The position numbers and the translations under genes are program-made. Positions 26,481 to 39,445 of a stretch of DNA of 64,000 nt are shown here, in pieces. Positions within the stretch are counted from its first letter, which is position 1. Each line of letters starts with the position of its first letter. The stretch comes from Eledone cirrhosa (lineage: Eukaryota): positions 306,218,001 through 306,282,000 of the forward strand of contig OZ024742.1 of the NCBI GenBank assembly GCA_964016885.1. The letters run 5' to 3'. The notes under the pieces are model-generated. The model did no database searches. It worked only from the letters and a program-made list of their open reading frames with translations, and was not told where the DNA came from.

Positions 26481-29400
26481 TGTTTCTTTTATTTGCCACC
26501 AGGGCATCAAAAGTGGCACAAGTACAATGGGGGAGTTTACAAAACAAGGCGTCCTCAATAAGGAGGAGGCAATAACAATATATAAAAATAAAATAAAATA
26601 TAACAAAAAATAAAATTTATAACAAAGTCCTCAATAGAGAGGAGGCGCCTTGGGGGGTCGCACACACCCCCGAAAAAAGTGTGCAACCCTTCTCCTCAGG
26701 AGCACAGAGAAGGGGTGCTCCCTTGGTCTTTCATCTTCCTCACCTATAGTCTGATGTAGAGTGAAGGCCCATTCACACGGGCCATTCTCGCCACTTTCAC
26801 CCATCTTTCATAGAAACGGCTGGGGTGCAGCACCTCTCTCTCCATCCTGATCCTTCTTCCGAAATGATATCGGAAGAAACGGACCAGTTGTTGGCCAGAG
26901 AGAAAGGTGTCTGACCTCAGTCCTTTCAGACGCGTCCACCATACAACCTCTTTCGCCATGGCTATTACGCACAGAAACACCGCCTCTCCTTCGTTTTTGA
27001 AGAGGGGAGGCGGCTTGATCGTTACAATAGACTCGGTGGTCAAGCGGATTGGTCCCACCCTTGACAGCAGTTGTTCGACATAACCCCACAGATCGGCAAT
27101 GCCCGAGCAGTGTACCAATGCGTGTGCAACGGTTTCCTCGTCGCACACGCATCTGGGACAGATCTTTTTCGATGGGTCCCTACCCGGGCGCCCGTGTCTG
27201 TAGAGCCTTTCTCGAACGGGCAGAGCCCTTCTGTAGCATTGCCAGGCCAGGGACCTCTGGAAGTTGTCCATGGGTCCCGGGCTGAATGTCCTACCGAACA
27301 GGTTGGCCAGTTCGTCTTCCTCCATGCCTAGGGCTTCTCCGAGGGCGTCGTCGCACCTGCTAACCACCAGCCCTCTATAGAATGACGAGGTGGATTCTCC
27401 ACTGACAGCCGGGTCCGCCTGCCAGAGAGCCGCGAGTGCCTGGGCACACTCGGTGTGCCAGGCGCCCAGTTTTCTCGGTCTTTGCTTGACCCAGGATTGC
27501 AGCTCGGTGAGTGAGACGAGTCTGGGAAAGGCTCGCCTCACAAACGGGGCCCACACCGGTTGACCGGAGAGGAATACCTGAAGGTGCCGTAGCCTTAATG
27601 CGTGTTTACGTATCATTAGCCACGGCATACCCAGCCCTCCTTTCGAAGGGTGTTGACAGCAGATGGATCTCCTCACCATAGGAGCCCGCTTCTTCCAAAG
27701 GAATTGGAAGAGTGCGCGCTCCATTTTGGCGAGCGTTTCCCTTGGGCAAGGCACAACGGTCAGGCGGTAGTAGATGACGGACGCTATATAAGTGTTCGCC
27801 ACCTCCGCCCGTCCTTTCAGGGACAGTTTGCACTCGGCCCACTTCTGGGTCAGTGCAAACATCCTGTTCGTCACCTCACCCCAGTTCTTCTCCACCTGGA
27901 GGTCTGGTCCGAACCAGACCCCGAGCTACTTCACCGGGCCCTCCGTCCAGCGCCCGACGACGCCATCGGAGGGCATCGATCTGCCCCTCCACGTGCCGAG
28001 TTGCAGACCGATCGACTTGTCCCGGTTCAGCTTAGCCCCTGTAAACCTTTCGTACTCCTCCAGTAAGGTGCCGATCGCCCTAATTTCCGAGGCCGTCGAC
28101 ACCATTACTGTTACGTCATCGGCGTAGGCTGACACCGCTTTCCGCAATCCCGGTTCCAACGGGATGCCCTGCAACAACTCCAACTTCCGCAGCAGTGGCT
28201 CTAGAGTCATTACATACAGAAGGGAGGAGAGAGGGCACCCCTGTCGGATGGACCGCGCGATTTCGAACGGTTCCGAGAGGTAGCCGTTCACCTTGACCCT
28301 AGAGCAGATGCGGCTGCTGTGCATGGCATTGATCCAGCCCCTGAAAACGGGTCCGAAGCCTGCCGCCGCTAGCACCGCATCCAGGTAATCATGGTCGACC
28401 CTATCGAATGGCTTAGATTGATCCAAGTTGATCAGGGCCCCACCAAAGCCGGGTTCGTTCCCAACCCTCTCTATTATGTATCGCATGAGGTGGAGGTTAT
28501 CGTGGATGGACCTGGACGGGATAGCACATGTCTGCGCATCTCCCACCAGGTTGCCCACGACAAGCGCCAACCTCTTTGCTAGCACCTTGGCCAAAATCTG
28601 TAACTCTGTATTTAGCAGAGTTATGGGCCTGAAATTATTTATATCGTCCCCCTTGTTCTCGTCCTTCCTCACTAGCGTGACTACGCCCTTGGTCACAGCA
28701 CAGGGAATTCTCCCGTTCTGTTGCCAGTTGCAGTAGACCGCCTCGAGGAGTTCGGGGAACAAGTCCGGCATAGCTAGATATTGTTCGTATAGAAGACCAT
28801 CGAGACCCGGGGATTTGCGTTTGCCGCATTGGCTCAGCACGTCCTCTATCTCAGCGGCTGAAATCGGCTCCTCGCAGGACTTCGCCTCCCTGTCCGAGAG
28901 ACGCGGCAGGCCGTCGAGGTATGGACCGAAGTCCACGTCCCCAACCGGCCCCCCGCCCCTTCCGAACAATCCGGCAAAGTGCTTTTGAAAAGCCTCGCAC
29001 ATCTGCTTAGGTTCAAGGATCACCCGTCCATCCTGGTCTCGCAAAGACCGGATAGTGGATCTGCTCCCTCTTTTGGCTTCTGTCACGCGGGCCCAGCTAA
29101 CAGCTTTGGTCCCCTCGTTTCCCAGAGCACGTATTTTGCTTCGGACGATGCAGCCTTCGTGTTTCGCGTCGAAGAACTGGCCCAGGGCCGTTCTCAACGC
29201 TAGCACTCTGGCCACGTCGCCGCTTCTAATTGCCTCTTCTACACTATCTACCAACTCCCTTTCCTTCCTATTTCTATTTGAGGCTAACTCCTTACTAAAT
29301 TCTATAGAGACTACTCTAATCTCTCTTTTGAGAGATCCCCACCATCTGCTGTTGACGATGGCTCCCGTCAACCGCTCCTTAACTAAAGTGCTAATCCGGT

Positions 29401-30368
29401 TCCTGTAATCCTTACTTGCCGGTAAGGACAAGTTGAGCTTCCAGTAACCGGGTCCCTGTCTATGAGTTCTGTCAAGGTTGACCATGCAGGTCACTAATTT
29501 GTGGTCTGAATAGCCAACCATGCGCATTTTTGGACAACTTAAAAAGTCCTTATCTTTAATTCTAACTATGAACCTATCTAGGTACGACCTAGATGATCCG
29601 CTACGATTTGCCCCTGTAAACCTTTCGTACTCCTCCAGTAAGGTGCCGATCGCCCTGATTTCCGAGGCCGTATGTATGCATGTTTTTGTTTTTGTGTGGT
29701 GTTTTTTGTTTGCTGTTGTTGTGAGCTCTTTTGTGTTGGTGTCAGTGTCATGTTTTGGGGAGGGGTTGTTTTCATTTGTGTGTCTGAGGTGTGTTTTCTT
29801 TTTTTTCTTTTGATTGTGTGGAAGTGCTCCTCCTCGTCTGACGACGAACTAGGGTCATCATCCGCGTTGGAGGGGAGGGGTATATTTTCGGGTTGTGTTT
29901 GTGGTGCGGGTGTTTTGGAAATTGTTTTTGTTTTTTGAGTGGAGGGGATGGGTTGGACATTGTTTTGTTTTGGTTTGAGCTGTGGTCGTTGCCATGGCAA
30001 CGTCAAGTTGTCGGTTAACAGGTGGAGAGAATTCTTCCTCTGGCTGACCTTTCTTCTTGACCTCTGCTACTGTGACAGTGGCAGGGGGAAGCTGTAAGTT
30101 TATCTTCCCCTTTCCTCCTTCGAATTTTGGTGAAGAAGCTTCGGCCATTTAAAAAAAAATATTGACTTTTCAACAAGAAAACAATTTTTTTTTTTGGTTT
30201 AACTATTTCGCCTAAAGGCGTAGAATATTTTGAGAGACTGACCAGATCAAAGTTTGACCTGGCAGTCCCTCTACAAAATGGTACAAAAATTAAAGTTAAC
30301 AGACAAGAATTTCTATAGAAATTTAAACAGAACTTACTCAGCAAGTTATACGCGTGTGTCCATCCCAG
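26481..30368 (-). mobile_element. Tx1/L1-clade non-LTR retrotransposon insertion with rearranged 5' part
   Basis: ORF2 homology; AATAAA about 10 nt before (TATC)n at the 3' end; (TATC)n also at the far 5' side; low-complexity ORF1-like segment at 29672-30360. Confidence 0.85.
26744..29605 (-). pseudogene. Tx1-like ORF2 (end of AP endonuclease, RT, C-terminal Zn knuckle) with one in-frame TAG
   Basis: SYLDRF, SDHK, GPGYWKLN, NFRPITLLN, IRQGCPLS, YADD, KGGLG, CPRC..ETVAHALVHC. ORFs 27926-29527 and 26744-27895 are in the same frame, split by the stop at 27926-27928. Confidence 0.95.
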
Positions 30369-31115
30369 AGATAGATAGATAGATAGATAGATAGAGATAT
30401 ATATATAATAAAAATAGGATAATTGACAAAAAAAAGACAACAAAAGAAGATAAGGCAGAACGAAAAAAACTGAAAACCTTAATTGTGTTTTAAATTAAAA
30501 AAGGACACACAACTCAAAGTTATTCAAACATTGAGATTGTCTCACGCAGTTTCGACTCCTACCAAAACGCTAGCGCCAGACAAATTTGACAAAGCTCTGT
30601 CCATGGAGAAAACGACAAGACTAAACAATAACTTACAGCAATTGAGCCATAATAGGTATACAGAGAATGTTATGTGACGATTTAGATAAGGTATTGTTCA
30701 TTTTATAGGAACGATACTGATCAAAAAGAGAAAAAAGGGCAAGAAGAAAGTAATATATCGTATTAAAAATGTAACCCATTGAAAATATACGGGTGAGAAG
30801 AATTAACATATATATACAGTTTGCTAATTCCACATGGTTCTACAATCCGTTAAGGGACCGAATCTCTACATCTAAGGTGTTGTTATAGTACTATTGTGTT
30901 GTTCGGATGTTTTATTCCAAGATAATTTACACTTACATTTTTGTACATAATAAGATGTTAGTATATAGGAAAATGCAGATTAAACGAAATATTCGCCTGT
31001 TATTACCTTCTCTATTCTAGTTGGAAAATGTGTACGACGATTACAATATATCTAACGCTGCATTACGTGTGACCATATTTTAAATTTCATATAATCTCAA
31101 TATTTCTTAAGTCAA

Positions 31116-31205
<90 letters not shown>

Positions 31206-31226
31206 TATATATATATAAATATATAT

Positions 31227-31405
31227 ATAGATGAGATTCTACAAGACTAGAACTGATTCATTCTTCAGAAATCATCAGGATCCTGATGATTTCTGAAGAA
31301 TGAAACAGTTCTAGTCCTGTAGAATCTCATCTATATTAAAACTTTTATACTCTGCTATGTATTGAGTACCTTACTGTGGTTACCTCCGATTCAACCAGGA
31401 ATAAC

Positions 31406-31406
<1 letters not shown>
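31227..31406 (+). mobile_element. Mini palindromic element with hammerhead core plus tail
   Basis: ~54-bp arms centred on GGATCC (31278-31283); the right arm reads CTGATGA-TTTCTGAAGAAT-GAAAC…GTC; unique tail 31336-31406. Confidence 0.85.
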
Positions 31407-31480
<74 letters not shown>

Positions 31481-31481
<1 letters not shown>

Positions 31482-31545
31482 GTTATTCCTGGTTGAATCG
31501 GAGGTAACCACAGTAAGGTACTCAATACATAGCAGAGTATAAAAG

Positions 31546-31551
<6 letters not shown>
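31481..31551 (-). mobile_element. Tail-only copy of the 31227 family
   Basis: Reverse complement of 31336-31406; a partial related copy lies at about 43975-44020. Confidence 0.85.
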
Positions 31552-31582
<31 letters not shown>

Positions 31583-31584
<2 letters not shown>

Positions 31585-31727
31585 AAAAAAGATGAAATCG
31601 AAAATGCAACTGGAGCCTTATTTTAAAAAAATATATATATTTATTTGGTTCCTTTACCGATTTCGCAGTTCTTCTGTTTTTCAAAAGTAGAGTTGAGATG
31701 GAGGGTCTGTGGCTTTTCTCACATCAA

Positions 31728-31803
<76 letters not shown>

Positions 31804-32243
31804 ATATATATGTTTAATGTATAATAAACAATACGATATAATTACCTCATTACCAGAGGTTTCCCGAATAAGACGGATAAAAGAAACGTCTGCATTCGTT
31901 TGTCAAACGAATGCGGACGTTTCTTTTATCCGTCTTATTCGGGAAACCTCTGGTAATGAGGTAATTATATTGTATTGTTTATTATAAATTAAATATTTAG
32001 CTCTGTAACGTACATGGAGCACTCTTCATTCCTCTGAATGTTTCAACGGAAACTTCAACACCTATATATATATGGAGAGAGAGAGAGGGGGGGAGGGGGA
32101 GGGAGGGAGAGAGAGATGGGAGAAAAACCTCAAACCCTCGATCTCAACTCTACTTTTGAAAAGCATAAGAACTATGAAGCCGGTAAATGAAACAAATAAA
32201 TATTCTTAAAAAGACTGCTGTTGCATTTTCGATTTCTTTCCCT
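31583..32243. repeat. Diverged inverted repeat pair enclosing microsatellite and a nested mini element
   Basis: 31583-31725 is inverted relative to 32115-32243. Confidence 0.7.
31811..32062 (+). mobile_element. Mini palindromic element with HHR 3' half plus tail
   Basis: ~90-bp arms centred at 31903; the right arm has GAAA-CCTCTGG-TA; the tail contains GAGCACTC. Confidence 0.85.
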
Positions 32244-32799
32244 TATATATATATATAACTATGTAGGTGTAAAGGCAATAAAAATAGATGCAACTGAACA
32301 ATCATCAAACCAAACAAGAAATAAAGATATTAAATCAATGATCATTTGGAATACAAATAATGAGAATACAACTAAAAGGTGAACAATCTTGAAAGTAAGA
32401 TAAAATAGACTTTTCGATTATATTATTTAAATAGCACATTAGTTTGAAAGATTAAACGATGTTTTGAACGTTAATGCAATTAAGAGTGAAAATACATTTA
32501 TATGAAATAAGAAGAATATTTTATGAAGTTTAAGATACTAATTCCGTTTTGACTATTCCTTAATAAATGGTACCCAGAACAATAATTGGTGATTCAAACA
32601 TGCCATTTGTTAATGGGAAAATGTTGTAATGGTTTAGAACATATAATGAAATTTAAATACTAAATCTATTATTATTCCTCCCTGTTCTGTATCCAACAGA
32701 GTTTGAATACTCTGAGGTGTATATCATGATATTTATTGAAGCCTAGCAGCTTCGAACTTCGTGGTGTTTAACCGCCCATACAAGATAACAATTTTCCCG

Positions 32800-33103
32800 G
32801 ATGAGGCATGCAAATTACTATTGCGTCACGCCTCATGCTGTGGCACATTCTCTGGTTCTAATCTTTTAGACTCGGACACAAACACGGGTATTGACGCTAG
32901 TAATGTAATGGAGCGGAGATATCTGAACAGCGGAACTTGACTGACCTCTCCTTATTCGCGCTGGTCAGCATCGTGACCTCCGATGTCTTCGATTCCCGGA
33001 GTGCGGTTTACCCCGGCCTGAGATCGGTTGTCTCATGCAACGGGAGTCACTGGCTGCTCTCCACGGTAATGCTTTCAGCATCTTGACCGCCCATCACAGC
33101 TGA
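32800..33103 (+). pseudogene. CRE-like retrotransposon restriction-like endonuclease C-terminus, degenerate
   Basis: Manual translation LFALVSIVTSDVF … LMQRESLAALHGNAFSIL* is homologous to 35145-35315. Confidence 0.55.
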
Positions 33104-33499
33104 GATATACCGCCTAGCATAAGATGTAGAATTGTCGCCATACCATCTCCATTGCACTTTCTTCAATGATTAATTTTTACTCACGTCTCTTTTTCTTCAC
33201 TCTTTCTTGATATTATTTGAATTCTTATTATTTTCTTTAATACATTCAATATTACATAATTCAGTTTAACTACACTGTTGTTTGTTAATTATTATTCTGA
33301 AACGATATGTTGTAATCATAGAAGGGACTCGTTCAATTCCATTGTCGAAAATATTAATATATCTTCGATTACCAGTCAATCCTTCAGATCATTAGGAAGA
33401 GAAATCTATTGTCTCAGTTCGACTTTTTTCTATTTACTTCTGAAAGAATGGTATAACAAATAGCATCCGTTGGTTCCAGTTGTTTGATGTACGGAATAG

Positions 33500-33797
33500 T
33501 CTGCTCATGTAATTAACATGTAGTTAGCTGAGCATTCCACATATAGGAATAGCTTAACGTAATCCACAGGATGATTCAGCCGGAGAGAGTTAGTGACAAG
33601 TCTGGCGCTTTGGATAATCGGTAAAGTCATACCGACGAGCTACGAAACAGTTGCCGTCTACTCAAATCCGCCTTAGAAGATGTGACTCGACCCAAGGCTA
33701 TGGTAAATACCAGCGGTCCAATATACCAAACAGTGTGATCGAACCCGGGACATAATGATTGTTAACTATTATTTTACCCATTCGGTCATGCTGCGTC
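33500..33797 (-). mobile_element. Degenerate tRNA-derived SINE (second type)
   Basis: Minus strand has an A-box-like start and B-box-like GGGTTCGATCAC, followed by CCTTGGGTCGA. Confidence 0.5.
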
Positions 33798-34764
33798 TGA
33801 CATATGCCAGAAGTGGAAATTGATCACCACTAATAGTATAAATCGTAAACTCGTTGTTTACGCAGTATTTTAACGTCACCATAATATAATATGAAATCCG
33901 TTATTTGGAAGTTTAAAGTTATCAGTAATGTTTTTTTTCTTCTCAAGCTGGCGCCATGATATTGAATAAGTCAATTCTGAATATTGCAGCAACAATTGTT
34001 GATTTGTTTTACTTCTGTTGGTAATTCAACTATTCTTGAAATACGGTGTATTCAAACGTATATTCATAGATGAACACTTTTAGTGTGATATTCGGTTCTA
34101 ATGATTATAATGTTATAACCATGGAATTAGATATGACTCCGAAAATTCCCATTATATATACACTGGTACACACGGCTACTTTGATTAACTTACCGCGTCA
34201 ATATTGTTCCACAATATGTTCCTCAATGTTGGTCTAATATAATTTACTGAAACGTAATGATTTGGACATTATGTATTTTAGTATTTACTTCACTATACAC
34301 TAATTTTGTCCGATACGATGAATTATTCCTCCCAGCAGTCTATAACATTTTAAACTTCATCAGTTTTTATCATGAAAACAGACACCATGTTAAAGCCGGT
34401 TCCATACAGTGAATAAATTTGTTCACTAATGATATTGTTACCTATGGTAAAAAATCGTTGATAATAACTGAAAAAATCGTGAATGCAAGCGGTCGAAATG
34501 GGTTCTTCCATAGGGTCTTTGGCATGTTAGATGGATTGCATAGCTCGCAGATCTGGTAGTTGCTCCAGGTCAAGCTGCAACACATCCGAATCGAGAGAAC
34601 ACCTGCTCTGATGGTTAGAATGTCTAAGGAAGGAATCGTTGTACAGAATGTACTAGCAAATTCAACCGGCAGGATTCTGAGAGGTAGATTGCGAGAGCGA
34701 TTGGTCCCATTCGGGGGACCAGTCGGCGCAATAGGAGACGGTTGCTTCCGATAGAACGCTCTGG

Positions 34765-34827
<63 letters not shown>

Positions 34828-35144
34828 CATGTTTATGTATTTTGTTTGTATGTGATTTGGATCTTCTTAGGTAATGAAAATAAAATAAGGAAGACAAAGT
34901 TTAAATACGTACTGTAAATATATATAAGTATATTCATAAATATGATACATTTTGAAATGCCTGAACATATACATATTCACAGACTAACGCTTATATAGGC
35001 ACACAATTAAAACATCCACGTATTCAAGTGTTTATATTTTCGTTTAAATTTAAATTTTTTTTAAATGAATAGTTTTCCTTCTTCAGCCATTCAACTACTC
35101 TACAAATTTTGCATTACACATCTTTTACTTCTGACAAATTTCCC

Positions 35145-35315
35145 GGACCCCGTACAACCGAGCTCCTCCGAAAGATCGGAGTGTCAGCGGCCTGTCTGAG
35201 GAGGGAGCCCTGCGAGGTTGGGTGGCTGTTGCAGCGGGTGTCACTGGCCATCGACCGCGGGAATGCTTTTGCCGTCTTGTCAACGGGGCGCACCACTTAT
35301 GCCCTCTTGCCCTAG
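35145..35315 (+). pseudogene. CRE-like non-LTR retrotransposon 3' fragment
   Basis: GPRTTELLRKIG…WLLQRVSLAIDRGNAFAVL matches the QRxSxAxxRGNA C-terminal motif of CRE-type RLE elements. Confidence 0.7.
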
Positions 35316-35454
35316 GCTCAAAGCCCAATCACCCTCCCCTTTACCCTCCCCTCTCGCCTATGACACCAGAACTCTTGCCGTCGCTCCCCTACTTTCTTTC
35401 CTTTTGTTTCCCTTTTTCATTATTGTCGTCATCATAGTTGCTAGTATTATTATT

Positions 35455-36070
35455 ATGTGGATTGGCAGTATCGGTAGAGAGTCGGACACCATGCATTGCA
35501 GCATAGAGTAACGGCCCTTTACGGTCTGAGTTCAAATCCCACCGAGGTTAACTTTGCCTTTCATCCTTACGGGGTCGATAAAATAAAGTATCAGTAACGT
35601 ACTAGGGTCGATTTAAACGACTTTCCCCTCCCCCAAATTATTGGCATTGTGCCTATACTAGGAATCATTAATATTTTGGCAATATAGGTAAAGAGTCGGA
35701 CGCCATGCTTTCTAGCATAGTTACATCCCTTTACGATCTGAGTTCAAATCCCGCCATGTTAACTTTGCCTTTCATCCTTACGGGGTCTATAAATAAAGGT
35801 ACCAGTAATGAACTGGGTATTGCTGGTCTTGTATCAAAAGTAGAAACAATTATTATCGCAGGTGGATTGGCAGAATGGGAGGTGGATTGGCAGTATCGGT
35901 AGAGGGTCGGATGCCATGCTTTGCAGCATAGTGTTACGTCCCTTTGCGGTCTGAGTTCAAATCCTGCCGAGGTTAACTTTGCCTTTCATGCTTACGGGGT
36001 GGATAAAATAAAATACCAGTAATGCACTGGGATAATTGCTGGCCTTGTGCCAAAAGTTGAAAGAATTATT
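35455..36070 (+). mobile_element. Three head-to-tail tRNA-derived SINEs
   Basis: Units at about 35455-35670, 35675-35855 and 35875-36070, with A-box TGGCAGTATCGG, B-box GAGTTCAAATCC and ATT-repeat tails. Confidence 0.88.
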
Positions 36071-37009
36071 ATTATTATTGTTACTGTAAATGATATCATG
36101 ATTAGTAAAATATATTTCCATTTATGTAACTCTTCATTACGATAAAACTCTAACTCCACTGTTCAAAAAAAAAAAAAAGTAACAAACTGAACAGATTTCT
36201 TGAATATCAAATGGTGGCTAATTTCATTTAATAAATTCTACAACACTGCTATGATTTTTACGGAATAAATAAGGAATGCAATCCATCTCCTTGTTGCGTA
36301 AGGATCATTCGATAACACTATGGTGATGATTATTATGATAAAGACAACCATGGTGAGGATTAAGATAATATTGGTAAACATGATAATAACAGTGACTGCA
36401 GTAATAATTTTGATTACCCCCGATTGAACCCAGGATAAACTTATATATATATACTGTATCGATTTCCGTATGTATATATATTTGAGTGCAGAAGTAAATG
36501 ATAAAGTAGAAAATCAAACTTTCCAGCTGTTGTCTTAGGATTGTTAATAAAGAGGATACTGATAATTACGAAAATAATCAGGCAAAGATAAACAGGATGA
36601 AAAATGTAAATACGTTAATGGTGATAAAAGTTTCCATATTTGTCGCATTTATTCACAATAATATTAAAAGTTAGTGTTCATGTAACAAAATACATGAACA
36701 CTATAGTGACTGTTGTTCACAACTGTGTCTAGTTTTACCTACATAACACATGAATATACCACAGAATATTATAAATTTAACAATTATGCAGTTTTAGAGA
36801 TTAGGCATTTTTTTTTCTAGTTCAAACGTTCGCTTCTCAACGACGAAGTTTCAAGCTTGATAGTAATGGATAGCAAGTAGCATAGGACATATTCTAAGAT
36901 TGAAATTTTAGGTAGCATACATTTGTGTTGACATCTCATCTTATTCATATAATATGTATATATATATATATATATATATGGGGTGGGTGGGTATATATGT
37001 GTATATGTA

Positions 37010-37082
<73 letters not shown>

Positions 37083-37378
37083 AGGTAGAGAGAGAGTGTG
37101 AGAGAGAGAGAAAGAGAGAGAGAGATCATAGTTTGACCAAGCCACTAATTCATGTCATTCGTTAAAGAATATCTACACGTATTAAGCAGAGCTTTGAAGA
37201 CGTTCTACATGAATTTAGCAAAAGACGCACTTCATAAAAGAAGAGATGTGTTTTAAAACAAATTAGCAGAGTGAATTTTGAGATATATATATAATCTTAT
37301 GTGTACATACACACACGGACACACTCACATAAATATGCACACACATTATAATTTTGTAATTGTAATTGTTAAAGTTTC

Positions 37379-37460
37379 AATTACTTCTCTTATCTCTTGA
37401 TAAAATTACAATTACCTCTCTTATCTCTTGTTAAAGTTACAATTACCTCTCTTATCTCTT
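37379..37460. repeat. 31-bp minisatellite, ~2.7 copies
   Basis: Unit AATTACCTCTCTTATCTCTTGTTAAAGTTAC. Confidence 0.85.
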
Positions 37461-37669
37461 CCATAGGAAATATCGTTCAGCCATATTGGGTTTGTTTAGA
37501 GGTAAGTAAACTAGCATATATAAGATGTCTATACACTATGCTGGTTAAAGTTTAAAAACTTAGGTAGCATGCATTAGTGTTGAGATCTTATTCATATGAT
37601 ATATTTTGGTTCTGTACATTACATAGAGCGTTTTCTTTTCCTTGATCTATTCTTCGGAAACTCTTGGCA

Positions 37670-37829
<160 letters not shown>

Positions 37830-38141
37830 AAAAATGGAGAGAGAGCATGAAGAATTCACTATCTACTTATGTTGCTATCCATCTTATTTTAAAGTATACA
37901 CTTGGAAATTATATGTCTGCATTTCTATATTGAACATAAATATGCTCTTTACATATTTGTATTTATAAATGATGATAATTCTAGACGCACAAACTCGAAG
38001 CAAACAAACTCATACTCAAATATATTTAGATATATACGTAAATATATATATGTAGCTAGATAAATCTTAACATATCTCCCTCTACACACATACACACACA
38101 CACATATACGCGCACACACACGCATACACAACCACACAGAC

Positions 38142-38186
<45 letters not shown>

Positions 38187-38497
38187 TACTTCTCATATCT
38201 AAATATCTAAAAGGAACAGGATTACATAACTGGATATAAGTTTTCCTTCTATCTGGTTACGGTCAACTTGATTCATCACTAGATTGAATCAAAATCTCCC
38301 CTCAGTCCATTGATGAGTACAATGGATCAGAACATGAATCCAACTAAATCGTATGACTAGTTATTTAATCTCTTTGTGTTTCCATGTCTTTGTTCTTACA
38401 TGTCACAAATACATATCAGATCCAATATACTACTACCGCTAGAGTTCATTGAGTACATATACAATGTTGTACAATATAAAGAACATATGCTTTCCTA

Positions 38498-38567
<70 letters not shown>

Positions 38568-38660
38568 TCCATCGCTCTCTCTCGCTCTCTCTGTCTCTCT
38601 CCCCCTCTCTCTCTATCTATGTTTCTGTATATATAGAGTATATATATATATATATATATA

Positions 38661-39389
38661 ACAATGTTTAGCTCTGGTTTTTAACTATTGACCACTTTGT
38701 CAATATCATTTCTGATTTTTGCGTTTCGCTTCGCTTTTCCTGCCCGCCGAAAATGCGATTCTCGCTGAATCTTTATTTGTATTAATCTCCCGTGTCTTAC
38801 AATTAACTTGTTAATAATTTCTATTGACAGGCTAATTATATAAGTTTATTTTAAACTACTCGGTTGAGAACTTATTCGATTTGTGCTATTTATGCTATTT
38901 TTTGCATGATCTACACCAACTGAATTACTTTGCTGAAATCTGGGGTTATTCCCCTTTTGATTTCCACACGTGGTTTAACTTACCACCGTGTCATTCACAT
39001 ATTTGGTACAGAGGGAAATTACTTGGTGATAACGTGATATTCCTTGTTCGATCGTTATACACAAAGCTTATATTTTTAAGCAGGCTATATTTTGATTTAG
39101 GTGTCACAGAAACTCTACATCGGATTTTAACAGCAATTCCGGGAGTCCAGGTCTGGTTATCACTTATTTTTTATCATTTATTTTGTTTTGACCTGTTTAG
39201 GTTGATTTGATTTTTGGCCTGGGTGGTTAATGCTTTCTTGACCACCTTTTCAGTTTTGTATGGCTTCTTAACATACTGTTTAGCTCTGGTTTTTAACTAT
39301 TGAGCACTTTGCCAGTATCATTTCTGATTTTTGCGTTTCGCTTCGCTTTTCCTGCCTGCCGAAAATACTATTCTCGCTGAATCTTTATT

Positions 39390-39393
<4 letters not shown>
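38661..39393 (+). mobile_element. Retrozyme-like element: 612-nt unit with ~118-nt terminal direct redundancy
   Basis: 38665-38782 repeats at 39277-39393; internal HHR fold; (TA)n flanks; non-coding. Confidence 0.75.
39021..39152 (+). ncRNA. Type I hammerhead fold with variant core GTGATAA
   Basis: Stem I ACTTG/CAGGT; stem II GTGATA/TGTCAC; GAAA; stem III ACTC/GAGT; GUC site after 39147. Confidence 0.6.

Positions 39394-39439
<46 letters not shown>

Positions 39440-39445
<6 letters not shown>

Noticed and set aside
27926-27928. Programmed readthrough of the Tx1 TAG
   Set aside because: A single TTG-to-TAG substitution in a truncated copy is simpler.
34450-34765. GC-richer segment with short ORFs
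   Set aside because: No recognisable motif in any frame; probably a TE fragment but unassignable.
35455-35545. tRNA gene
   Set aside because: A/B boxes belong to a multi-copy SINE head; no cloverleaf.
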